DNA of 55,686 bases. Origin: Candidatus Woesearchaeota archaeon. GTDB taxonomy: Archaea; Nanobdellota; Nanobdellia; Woesearchaeales; ARS49. The position numbers were made by a program, and so were the translations under genes. The number at the start of each line of letters is the position of its first letter. The stretch's first letter is position 1. Shown piece after piece: positions 38,826 to 47,750 of this stretch. Where the stretch lies: positions 1 through 55,686 of the forward strand of contig JACQMS010000006.1 of assembly GCA_016203445.1 (NCBI GenBank). The letters are read 5' to 3'. The notes below the pieces were generated by a model. The model was not told the DNA's origin, did no database searches, and saw only the letters and a program-made list of their open reading frames with translations.

Positions 38826-39791
38826 ATGAATGTTTTGATCGTTGACATGTTTGGCTGTTCATATCCTTCTTTAGGACACCAAATTTTTTCGGCATTTGAA
38901 CTTTTGGGGCACAATGTTCGTTCGTTTCATTATCGTCAGCACCATCTCCAAAAATTCTCTTTGACTAATCGTTTGTTAAATAAATCACTTATAAAAGTTG
39001 CAAAATCTTGGCCCGCCGACCTTGTTTTTGTTAGCAAAGGCGAAACTATTATTCCAGGGACTATTGAGAAGATTAGTTCTCTAGGATGTAAAACTGCAAA
39101 CTGGGGGCCTGATGAGCCTTTTGGAGAGCTTCAAAAGTTTAACAAGATCGAGAATGTTTCTGAGTACGACGCTTTTTTTATGTATGATCATCAATATGTT
39201 AATCGTTTAAGGGAATTAAATCCTAATTCATATTACTTGCCCGCGTGCGCCGATCCTTTGGGTGTTCATCGTGAACTAGTATTGTTAGAAAATCGTTCTT
39301 TTCCATCTGATGTTTGTATGGTTGGTACTGCTTATGGTAATCGTATTCCATTGATGCAAAAATTTGTTGGAAAAAGATTATTGATTGCAGGTCCCGGATG
39401 GAATAAAGCGCCCAATGAGCTCTCCAGTATTTCTCTTCCTCCTGTTGATTTACGCAGTATGGTTCGATTGTTTAACCAGTCAAAGATCGTGCTGAACCCT
39501 CATGGTGCATCAAAAAGTTTTATCATGCCAAACCCTCGTACGTTTGAAATTCCTGCTTCAAGGTCTTTTCAGTTAACTGATGCACATCGTGATATTGATT
39601 CTTTTTTCCGCAAAGGAAAGGAGATCATAATATACAAAACTGAGGAGGAACTTTTGGAGCTTGCTGAATACTATCTTTCACATCATGATGAACGTTTAAA
39701 GATTACACAGGCAAGTTATAATCGTGTTATTAAAGAGCATACGATGGTTCATCGTATTCGTGAGATCCTTCAGAGGATGAATTTACAATGA
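38826..39791 (+). CDS. Glycosyltransferase, CgeB/Glyco_trans_1_2-like
   Basis: W..DEP, SKIVLNPH, NPRTFEIPA, EHT..HR. Confidence 0.82.
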   Translation: MNVLIVDMFGCSYPSLGHQIFSAFELLGHNVRSFHYRQHHLQKFSLTNRLLNKSLIKVAKSWPADLVFVSKGETIIPGTIEKISSLGCKTANWGPDEPFGELQKFNKIENVSEYDAFFMYDHQYVNRLRELNPNSYYLPACADPLGVHRELVLLENRSFPSDVCMVGTAYGNRIPLMQKFVGKRLLIAGPGWNKAPNELSSISLPPVDLRSMVRLFNQSKIVLNPHGASKSFIMPNPRTFEIPASRSFQLTDAHRDIDSFFRKGKEIIIYKTEEELLELAEYYLSHHDERLKITQASYNRVIKEHTMVHRIREILQRMNLQ

Positions 39792-40837
39792 AGATTTTCT
39801 TTTTCGGCAGGTACGAGCCGCATCATGCCCGCCCCCATATTTTGATGGAGGCATTACATTCTCGCGGCCACACTGTTATAGAATATTCTTCAATGAGTTA
39901 TGCTCGCCTTTTATTATATTCTTTTCGTTTGTTATTGTCTCATGCAGATGCAGTTGTCGTGACTGGAAAGCTGGCTCTTGTTTTGTCTCAGTTGTTTCGT
40001 TGGAGAATTCCTGTTTTATTTGATGTTTTTATTTCTGATTATCAGAATCTTGTTCGTGATCGCAATATTATTCGTGATAATTCTGTGATTTCGCGATTTT
40101 TGCGTTGGAATGATAAATACTCTCTTTATTTTTCGGATATTCCTTTTCTTGATACTGCAACTCATCGTAATTATTTTGAGCACACTCTTCATGTTTCTCA
40201 TGGAATGATTTCTCTTGTTCCCTTTGGCGCTCTCGCATCAAGAACTCCTCGAAAATTTCCCCTTATTAGGAAGACATTTCGAGTATTATTTTGGGGGTCA
40301 TTCATTCCTTTGCACGGAATCGATGTAATTTTGGGCGCCGCAAAAATATTGAAGAGAAAAAATTATGATAAGATTCATTTTGACTTATGCGGCCGAGGTC
40401 AGACGTGGTATATGATGAGAAAAAAAGTGAAGACTGATAATTTAACAAATGTTTCCATTCATGGCTTTGTTCCATCTCTTGATCCTTTTGTGAATCGTTC
40501 TCACGTTGTGCTTGGAGTTTTTAGTTCCGGTGAGAAAAATTCTTTGATGATTCAGACAAAAATTGTTGAAGCTATGGCTTTTGGAAAGGCCATTATCACT
40601 CGTAATGCTCCCGGTGTTTCTGGCATTCTTGTTCATGGAAAGAATTCACTCCTTATTCCTCCAGATAATACTTATGCTCTTGTCAGTGCCATCCTGCTTT
40701 TATATAAGAACCCTGCACGTGCAAAGTTGTTGGGTGTTCACGCAAGACAGTCATACAAAGAATTGATGTCTCCTGAAAAGATAGGAAGTATTCTTGAGTC
40801 TCTTGTTTTGCGTGCAAAAAATAATAGTTATATATAA
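39788..40837 (+). CDS. GT4-like glycosyltransferase
   Basis: [22 protein letters not shown]. Confidence 0.85.
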   Translation: MKIFFFGRYEPHHARPHILMEALHSRGHTVIEYSSMSYARLLLYSFRLLLSHADAVVVTGKLALVLSQLFRWRIPVLFDVFISDYQNLVRDRNIIRDNSVISRFLRWNDKYSLYFSDIPFLDTATHRNYFEHTLHVSHGMISLVPFGALASRTPRKFPLIRKTFRVLFWGSFIPLHGIDVILGAAKILKRKNYDKIHFDLCGRGQTWYMMRKKVKTDNLTNVSIHGFVPSLDPFVNRSHVVLGVFSSGEKNSLMIQTKIVEAMAFGKAIITRNAPGVSGILVHGKNSLLIPPDNTYALVSAILLLYKNPARAKLLGVHARQSYKELMSPEKIGSILESLVLRAKNNSYI

Positions 40838-41796
40838 TGTTCTATTTTATCATCATTCTCACGAATATACCACTCAATGGTCCGTCGTAAACCATCATCA
40901 AAAGTAGTTTTTGCGGTAAAATTAAACATTGTTTTTGCTCGGGAAACATCCAAACATCTTCTTGGCTGACCATTTGGTTTAGTAGTGTCCCAAATAATAT
41001 CGCCTCCAAATCCAACCATTGATGAAATCTTCATCGCAAGATCCTTAATAGAAATCTCGTGTCCTGAACCAAGATTCACGGGTTCCGAACCATTATACGT
41101 CTCTGCGGCCAGAACAATACCTTCTGCGGCATCATTAACAAACAAAAACTCTCTGGTTGAAGATCCGTCACCCCACAAAACAACAGTAGAATCATTGCGG
41201 TGTTTTGCTTCTAAAAACTTTCTGATCATTGCAGGTATTACATGAGATGATGAATGATCAAAATTATCCCTTGGGCCATACAAATTCACTGGAAGTAAAT
41301 ATATTGAATTAAAACCATACTGACTACGATATGCCTGAGATTGAACCAACAACATTTTTTTTGCAAGGCCATAAGGGGCGTTAGTTTCTTCAGGATACCC
41401 GTCCCAAAGATTTTCTTCCCTGAATGGTATTGTAGCAAATTTTGGATATGCACAGATAGTTCCAACGGCAACAAACTTTTCAATCCCCGCAAGACATGAT
41501 TCATGAATTAATTGGACTCCCATCATAATATTTTCGTAAAAAAATTTTCCAGGATTCTCCCTGTTTGCCCCTATTCCACCAACAACCGCCGCAAGATGAA
41601 TAACTACGTCAGGACGAGCATCTCGTAATAATCTTCTAACTGCATCGCCCTGCACAAGATCATACTCTGAACGTATAGGAACAACAACATCGCTTTCTTG
41701 AGCATGCTCCTTAAGATACTCGACAAGATGAGAGCCAAGAAAACCCGCACCCCCGGTTACTAATATTCTTTTTCTGTTTAAATAATTTAATACAAT
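40828..41796 (-). CDS. fcl: GDP-L-fucose synthase-like epimerase/reductase; no canonical start codon upstream of the NAD(P) motif
   Basis: Open frame from ~41796 reads [12 protein letters not shown]...[12 protein letters not shown]...YGLAK...SSHVIPA...PNGQPRR. Confidence 0.85.
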   Translation of the reverse strand: MVLNYLNRKRILVTGGAGFLGSHLVEYLKEHAQESDVVVPIRSEYDLVQGDAVRRLLRDARPDVVIHLAAVVGGIGANRENPGKFFYENIMMGVQLIHESCLAGIEKFVAVGTICAYPKFATIPFREENLWDGYPEETNAPYGLAKKMLLVQSQAYRSQYGFNSIYLLPVNLYGPRDNFDHSSSHVIPAMIRKFLEAKHRNDSTVVLWGDGSSTREFLFVNDAAEGIVLAAETYNGSEPVNLGSGHEISIKDLAMKISSMVGFGGDIIWDTTKPNGQPRRCLDVSRAKTMFNFTAKTTFDDGLRRTIEWYIRENDDKIEHYI

Positions 41797-41937
41797 TCCA
41801 CATCACACTCCGCATCCGGGGTTTTTGTCTCATTTAAATAACTTATTATTTATTGGTACACGACAAAAGTAACTCATAGAATAAGTCTATTTACATTCTC
41901 ACAATAAATTTATAAACTTTCATAAAATTCTCCAAAC

Positions 41938-42690
41938 ATGTTTAATGTTCTTAAAAAGATGCATGAGTTGGGAGCAATGTTCAATCCATTTCTCTACAAA
42001 TTTGGGTTCAGAATATCCAGATTGAACCGCTCGTTAGAATATGATAATATGATTATTGCGATACACCAGCTTAAAGAAAAAGGATTCCGTCCCAAAACAA
42101 TCATAGATATAGGTGCAGGAAGAGGGAGATGGACAAAGGCAGTTCTTCCCATATTTCCGCGGACAAAATATTTGTGCATTGATCCACTTGATGAAAATAA
42201 ATCAAGGTTATCAAAAATTGCACAACAATACGGCAACATAATATGTGCACAAACGCTTCTTGGGCAAAGAAAAAAAACAGTAATATTTTACCAGCACGGG
42301 AATCAAAGCTCAATTTTCTATGATTCAATTCATAAGGGAACACCAACAAAAATGACTCTCACAACGCTTGATAATATTATCAAACAAAAGGGGATTACAA
42401 ACCCGGATTTCATCAAACTAGATGTTCAAGGATATGAACTTGAAGTTCTTAAAGGCGCAACAAAAACACTTTCAAAAGCGCAGTTCGTACTACTTGAAGT
42501 TTCGTACAGTCCATGGATGAAAGGAATGCCGATTTTCCATGATGTTGTTGCATTCATGAAACAACAGAACTATAGAATATACCATATTGTTTCAATGTCA
42601 GTACGAGTACGGGATAGTATGCCAATCGCGTCAGATGTTCTTTTTGTAAAAAATGGAACACTTTTTGCAAATGATTCATCATGGGAATAA
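41938..42690 (+). CDS. FkbM-family methyltransferase
   Basis: DIGAGRG, KLDVQGYELEVLKG. Confidence 0.88.
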   Translation: MFNVLKKMHELGAMFNPFLYKFGFRISRLNRSLEYDNMIIAIHQLKEKGFRPKTIIDIGAGRGRWTKAVLPIFPRTKYLCIDPLDENKSRLSKIAQQYGNIICAQTLLGQRKKTVIFYQHGNQSSIFYDSIHKGTPTKMTLTTLDNIIKQKGITNPDFIKLDVQGYELEVLKGATKTLSKAQFVLLEVSYSPWMKGMPIFHDVVAFMKQQNYRIYHIVSMSVRVRDSMPIASDVLFVKNGTLFANDSSWE

Positions 42691-42877
42691 TACTAAAGTT
42701 TGCCCAGTTCATGAGTATTTTTCGTGTTTTTTGTTCAGGTTCTCTCCAGTGTTTTTCTTGTTCTACCCTGCGGGTTTCGCTCTGAACTCAACCACGTAAG
42801 CATGCACACAAGGGAAGCGAACAGTAAAGGAGACACAACAAAACTTTGTTTTGTGCGCAAAAATCTGGTCTTACTAA

Positions 42878-42926
42878 TGGTCCTGGCCAGATTCGAACTG
42901 GCGACCTTCTCCGTGTAAAGGTGACG
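42878..42926 (-). repeat. Partial 3' copy of tRNA-Val (att-like fragment)
   Basis: 44/49 identical to 42975-43023; lacks the D-arm and 5' acceptor strand. Confidence 0.85.
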
Positions 42927-42974
42927 CAACAAAATTCTTCAAATTTTGTGCGCAAAAATCTTTGGCAACAACAG

Positions 42975-43047
42975 TGGGCCTACCCAGATTCGAACTGGGG
43001 ACCTTCTCCGTGTAAAGGAGACGTCATAACCACTAGACCATAGGCCC
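42975..43047 (-). tRNA. tRNA-Val(TAC)
   Basis: GGGCCTA...TAGGCCCA; anticodon arm TCTCC-TTTACAC-GGAGA; GTTCGAATC. Confidence 0.95.
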
Positions 43048-43150
43048 TCACAAAGCCAAAGATTTTTTGCGTCATAATAGTTTTTAACGTGGTTTCAGAT
43101 AAGCTTTTTAAACTATTTGGTATAAACAGGTGTAAAGAGAGGTGTTTTTA

Positions 43151-45643
43151 ATGAAAAAGTTCTTCGCAATATTCGTTTTGTTAATGTTTCTCAACACTGC
43201 GCTCGCCGCAGAATTAGATAATAAAGATGTTATTCCTCGAAAGATCGGAAGAGATGATGATAGAGCTAGAGCTTTTGATGAAGGCCCTGATGATTTTAAA
43301 AGAGGCCCCGAAGGTTTTGGTCCGGGACCTAGTGATGATTTCGGGTCTTTTGACGGTCCTCCAGATGATGATTTTGGTCAATCAGGCAGAGGTCCCAGAG
43401 GTTTTGATAAAGGACCTGGAGGTCCTGAGAGGGAGCGATTCAAAGCAAGAGAAGATTACGGTCCAAGAATTCCAGATTTTAGCAAACACCCTGACGGAAT
43501 TTACGGAATGGCGTTTCAATACATTGATGATGAAATAAGCGAGGAAGAAATATTTCCTTTATGCGGAGAGCCTGAAAAAATTGCCGATTTGCTTGTAGGA
43601 AAGATAAAAGAAAATATTGGTGGAGATGTTTCAACAGTTTGCAACGAGTTTCCAGTAGCAGAATGCGCCCAAAGGGTTGAAGAAGGGTGTGGCAGGATAG
43701 GCAAGCCTCCAGAAGAATTTTTTGATGGAGCTTCAGAACTTGAAAAGAAAGAGATGACTGCTCACAGTTGTCCAGTGCCTAGCGAGGAAACATTTGTAGA
43801 ATTATGCAAAGAAAGATCAAAACAATGGCTGGAGACTAGAAGAGAAGTAATATCAGATCAAGAATTTTGCGAGCAAGAATTTGATAGACACCAACCAAGA
43901 GATTTTCAAGACGAATCCTCAGAAAGGACTCAAAGAGTTGAGCGTGTTGAAAGGAGAGCAGAATCAACAGTTGAAAGGTCTGATACTAATCAAGAAAGCG
44001 TGAGTAATGAAGTATCACCTACTGAAACGGCTTCAAGAACTCAGGGGTCAACAGGTTCAGAAACAACGTCTCCAACAACGAACACTGGTTCTTCATCGCC
44101 AAGCACTGGCGCAACTACTAGTGGAGGATCTACAGAGAGCACTGGATCAGGAAGTTCGGCAGGAACAGGAACATCTGCTAATACAAATAGTGCGTCTACA
44201 AGCCCCGACGGTGTTACTGGCAGTGCTATAACAGAGCAGAGAACTCTAGGACAATCATTATTAAGGATCATAACGGGAGCGGCCGTTGGTCTAGGGCTTG
44301 TTGAAGATAGTCATTCAAGCGATGGCCATAGCGGGCCACCATCAGGCGGAGACTCATCAGGAGGAGGTTCGGGCTCATCATCCGAGAGTGCCAGCGGTTC
44401 TACAGTTAGCGGTGATGCAACAAGTACTGGCGGGGACTCGTCAGGAGGCAGCACAGGCGGCGAAGGTTTGGGAAGAGTTCCTCAAGATAATTTCAGGCAA
44501 GACAATTTCAGACAAGACCAGATAAGCCCAGAAGATAAAGAAAAATTTGATAGAGAATCCCGTGCATCGAGAGAAGACTTTGAGAGGAAAAACCAAAGAG
44601 AACCGCCAAGAGAAGAATTCAGAGATGATACTAGAAGAGAAGATTTTAGGCAAGAACCTTCAGACTTTGAAAGGTTTGAATCAGAAAGAAGAGGCCCGTC
44701 AAAAGATGAAATGCTTCAAGAATGTATTAAAAGACAGAAAGAAGACGCAGAAAATCCAACACATTGTAAAGTAGAAGCAAAAATAGAGGCCAAAAGACAA
44801 ACACAAATGTGTACGCGATTCGAGAAAGAACAAAAAAATTGTAAAGAGAAAAATGCCCAAATGTGCAAGAAATTAGAAGAAGTTCAAACATTGTGCAAGG
44901 AAAAAATGAATGAGCAATCGTTAAGAGAGTTCATATTAAAGGAAGCAAAAAGAAGGTGTGCATTTGTAGAAGTACAGGATGAACTTTCAGGACCAGAGGA
45001 ATCGCTAGGATATATAGCACTAGTAACACTATCAGAAGATTCAACCGTTAAAGATATTGAGGGATTAGAAATAGCTATGGATGCAACACTGGACAGGTAC
45101 AGAGCTATAAGAGACTCAATAGTTTACGGAGCAAAGTATGAATCAAAAGATGTAGCAACAAAAGCAGGACAGCTAGCCGCAAAGTTTTCAGGCAGCGTAG
45201 TGTTAGGAGTTGACGTGGTTAAAGATTTCAGGGAAGGAGAAAGTGTTAAACAAAAAGATTTAAGAAAAAGACTCCTTCTAGCCGCCCAGAGATTAGAAGA
45301 AGCTAAAGGCGGAGACTTTGAAGGGATAGCACAAACGCAAGATTTAGTTGAAGCGGCCCAAGAGTTGAAGAGCCAGGAAGAAGGTAAGGGAACTTTTTAC
45401 AGATTCCTAAAATTTTTCGGAGCGAAAAAGGAGCAGGAATTGAGAGAAGCTACAACTCTTGAAGAAAAAAATGCGAAGATTGACGAGCTGATAAAAGAAT
45501 TAGAGAGTGAGATAGCCGATGAGCAGGATCCCGTTCTTGCAACAATACTTGGTGAAGAGATTGAAACTCTTAAAGAGCAAAAAGGGGAATTGAACGCCCA
45601 CATAGAAGAAAAGAAAGATGACGCGGGAGGATTATTCGGATAG
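43151..45643 (+). CDS. Large secreted Cys-rich protein with low-complexity linkers
   Basis: GAGGTG SD; signal peptide MKKFFAIF...ALA; GP/DF repeats, Cys-rich helical blocks, S/T/G linker, QDNFR repeats, coiled-coil C-terminus. Confidence 0.8.
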   Translation: MKKFFAIFVLLMFLNTALAAELDNKDVIPRKIGRDDDRARAFDEGPDDFKRGPEGFGPGPSDDFGSFDGPPDDDFGQSGRGPRGFDKGPGGPERERFKAREDYGPRIPDFSKHPDGIYGMAFQYIDDEISEEEIFPLCGEPEKIADLLVGKIKENIGGDVSTVCNEFPVAECAQRVEEGCGRIGKPPEEFFDGASELEKKEMTAHSCPVPSEETFVELCKERSKQWLETRREVISDQEFCEQEFDRHQPRDFQDESSERTQRVERVERRAESTVERSDTNQESVSNEVSPTETASRTQGSTGSETTSPTTNTGSSSPSTGATTSGGSTESTGSGSSAGTGTSANTNSASTSPDGVTGSAITEQRTLGQSLLRIITGAAVGLGLVEDSHSSDGHSGPPSGGDSSGGGSGSSSESASGSTVSGDATSTGGDSSGGSTGGEGLGRVPQDNFRQDNFRQDQISPEDKEKFDRESRASREDFERKNQREPPREEFRDDTRREDFRQEPSDFERFESERRGPSKDEMLQECIKRQKEDAENPTHCKVEAKIEAKRQTQMCTRFEKEQKNCKEKNAQMCKKLEEVQTLCKEKMNEQSLREFILKEAKRRCAFVEVQDELSGPEESLGYIALVTLSEDSTVKDIEGLEIAMDATLDRYRAIRDSIVYGAKYESKDVATKAGQLAAKFSGSVVLGVDVVKDFREGESVKQKDLRKRLLLAAQRLEEAKGGDFEGIAQTQDLVEAAQELKSQEEGKGTFYRFLKFFGAKKEQELREATTLEEKNAKIDELIKELESEIADEQDPVLATILGEEIETLKEQKGELNAHIEEKKDDAGGLFG

Positions 45644-45720
45644 TGATGACTAGTATTTGTTTTGTGGAAGGGGTAGACCGCTCCTTCCATTTTTACTCTT
45701 TCTTTTTTTTGTTCTTCTTT

Positions 45721-45808
45721 ATGCGGAAAAACGGCGCTAAAACTCAATACTTTAGTTTGTAGATATAGCGCCGTTTTTTGCATCCTAAAAATCCGCGGAT
45801 TTTTATGA
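45721..45808. repeat. Palindromic element, uninterrupted version of the 16672-16986 host element (inverted)
   Basis: ATGCGGAAAAACGGCGCT...AGCGCCGTTTTTTGCAT followed by CCTAAAAATCCGCGGATTTTTATGA. Confidence 0.8.
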
Positions 45809-45880
45809 TTTCAAAATCGGGTTTAATTCCTCGCGAGAACATAGATTAATCTTTAGCACTTAAACTGGCATTATAAATTT

Positions 45881-46360
45881 ATGGAAAGATATAAAAAGAT
45901 TGTTCAAAACAAAGAAATAATGAACGATCGCCCGCTCTCAGAAATAACTCTTAGAAAGTACGAGCATCCTGGAGGTTTAGAAAAAAGAGCACTAGTAAGA
46001 AAAATATGCTTGTCAATAGGACTTCTGAACCCCGGAGATTCCAGAGACGTTATAGTTGATATATTATACAGCATTTTTACGAAAAAGCAGTTAACAACTG
46101 AAGAAATAATAAATGAAGCAAGAGTTAACAGAGGCAAAGGAAAAAATTCTTCTCAAGGAACATCACAATCAAATATCAGAACACAATTAAGAAAACTAAA
46201 AAATATAGGGCTAATAGAAAAAAATGAAAGAAAATACAGGGTGCGAGAAGGACTGGCGTTATCTGAAGCATTCAAAAAGCATGTACGAGAAGAAATAATA
46301 GATAACATACTGCAAAGAGTTGAAAAACTCATGGAAGAAGCAGACAAGCGATTTAGTTAA
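45881..46360 (+). CDS. Winged-helix DNA-binding protein (hypothetical regulator)
   Basis: EITLRKYE.P, GLLNPGDSRD, SNIRTQLRKLKNIGLIEK. Confidence 0.7.
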   Translation: MERYKKIVQNKEIMNDRPLSEITLRKYEHPGGLEKRALVRKICLSIGLLNPGDSRDVIVDILYSIFTKKQLTTEEIINEARVNRGKGKNSSQGTSQSNIRTQLRKLKNIGLIEKNERKYRVREGLALSEAFKKHVREEIIDNILQRVEKLMEEADKRFS

Positions 46361-46403
46361 TAGAAACAGCACTATTTAAAAAACACGAGCACAATCTAAA
46401 CTT

Positions 46404-47417
46404 ATGGAGCTCAAACAATTAGGAAAAGTAGAGCCTGCAAGAGAACATTTAGATATAGCATTCAAGAGAGCGAGAAAAATTGCTGATGCGCAAAGACCAA
46501 AAATAACGATAAAAAACGGAACGCTTTACAAAAGCAGAAGAATAGAGCTTGAAAGAATAAGAGAAGTAGAAAGAAGCCTCAAAGACACTCTAGGAAGAAT
46601 AATAAAAAACTTTCCGAGCTTTGGCCAACTACCACCGTTTTACAGAGATCTAGTTAATACAACAATGGATGTTGACACTGTAAGAAATGCGCTGGGAGCA
46701 ATACAATGGAGCGTAGAAAGAATAGAAAAACTGACAAGACAAGCAGTAATAGATATAAAAAGTACAGAAGTACTAGAAAGAGTAAACAAAAGACGAGGAG
46801 AGTATTATGGAAGAATCAGCAGTGTTGTAAAACAAATAGACAAATCGTTGATAATTGTTGAACGAGCAAGAAAAACGTTCAAAAATTATCCACCAATAAA
46901 AACAAGCATGACTACAATAATTATTGCAGGAATGCCTAATGTTGGAAAAACCACTCTTCTCAAAACTCTTACGGGCGCCCAGCCAAAAATTGCTTCCTAT
47001 CCGTTCACGACTCAACACTTAATGCTAGGATATACTGAAGAATACCAATTCTTAGACACTCCAGGACTTTTGGACAGACCCGCAAAAAATGATATAGAAA
47101 AAAGGGCTCTTATCGCTATTAAACATTTGCCTTCACTCATTATTTTTCTTATAGACCCGACAGAAAGCTGCGGATTCAATATTCAAGAACAAGTCAACTT
47201 GAAAAAAAATATTGAAAAAAACTTTAATACTCCGATAATAACTGTAGCAACAAAGAAAGATCTATCGGAATCTGAAGATGTTGAAAGACTGCGAGAGAAA
47301 ACTACTATTGATATATCTATTAATGCAAACGACTCTCAAGATGTTAAACAAGTATTAACAATGGTTCGAGAGAAAGTTCCGATCATTGAAGAATTGAAAG
47401 ATGACGTGAAAGATTAA
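46404..47417 (+). CDS. NOG1-family GTP-binding protein
   Basis: NOG1 helical N-domain, GMPNVGKT, YPFTT, DTPGLLDRP, TKKD. Confidence 0.92.
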   Translation: MELKQLGKVEPAREHLDIAFKRARKIADAQRPKITIKNGTLYKSRRIELERIREVERSLKDTLGRIIKNFPSFGQLPPFYRDLVNTTMDVDTVRNALGAIQWSVERIEKLTRQAVIDIKSTEVLERVNKRRGEYYGRISSVVKQIDKSLIIVERARKTFKNYPPIKTSMTTIIIAGMPNVGKTTLLKTLTGAQPKIASYPFTTQHLMLGYTEEYQFLDTPGLLDRPAKNDIEKRALIAIKHLPSLIIFLIDPTESCGFNIQEQVNLKKNIEKNFNTPIITVATKKDLSESEDVERLREKTTIDISINANDSQDVKQVLTMVREKVPIIEELKDDVKD

Positions 47418-47421
47418 GCTT

Positions 47422-47482
47422 TTCGTTTCCTTATGGAAACTAATAATAGTATTATTCGTTTCGTATTGGAAACGTATAATAG
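47422..47482. repeat. Two 28-bp imperfect direct repeats, each with a GTTTC..GAAAC palindrome
   Basis: TTCGTTTCCTTATGGAAACTAATAATAG and TTCGTTTCGTATTGGAAACGTATAATAG, 33-bp period. Confidence 0.6.
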
Positions 47483-47566
47483 ATAAAGAATGTATTAAAT
47501 TAATATGTACAAGAGCAACCAAAAAACTCAAGAATTAAAAATACGACAAAAAAGCACTAACCATTC

Positions 47567-47639
47567 GGGGCCGTAGTCTAGCTTGGTAGGACTCACCCTT
47601 GGGGTGGGTGCAACCGGGGTTCAAATCCTCGCGGCCCCA
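47567..47639 (+). tRNA. tRNA-Pro(GGG)
   Basis: GGGGCCG...CGGCCCCA; anticodon arm CACCC-TTGGGGT-GGGTG; GGTTCAAATCC. Confidence 0.93.
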
Positions 47640-47750
47640 TATATCATCACTCCAGTAATAAATCAGGGAAGACTCTCCTATAAACGCGTTAAGCGTCTAC
47701 AGGTTTGAGCCCCCCTACCCCATGCGAGTATGAAATTGGCGTAATTAAAT

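Noticed and set aside
42724-43043. Short ORFs 42724-42918, 42735-42932 and 42846-43043
   Set aside because: They overlap tRNA-Val and its partial copy; typical tRNA shadow peptides
47422-47482. GTTTC...GAAAC repeats as a CRISPR array
   Set aside because: Only two imperfect copies, 5 bp apart with no spacer, and no cas genes
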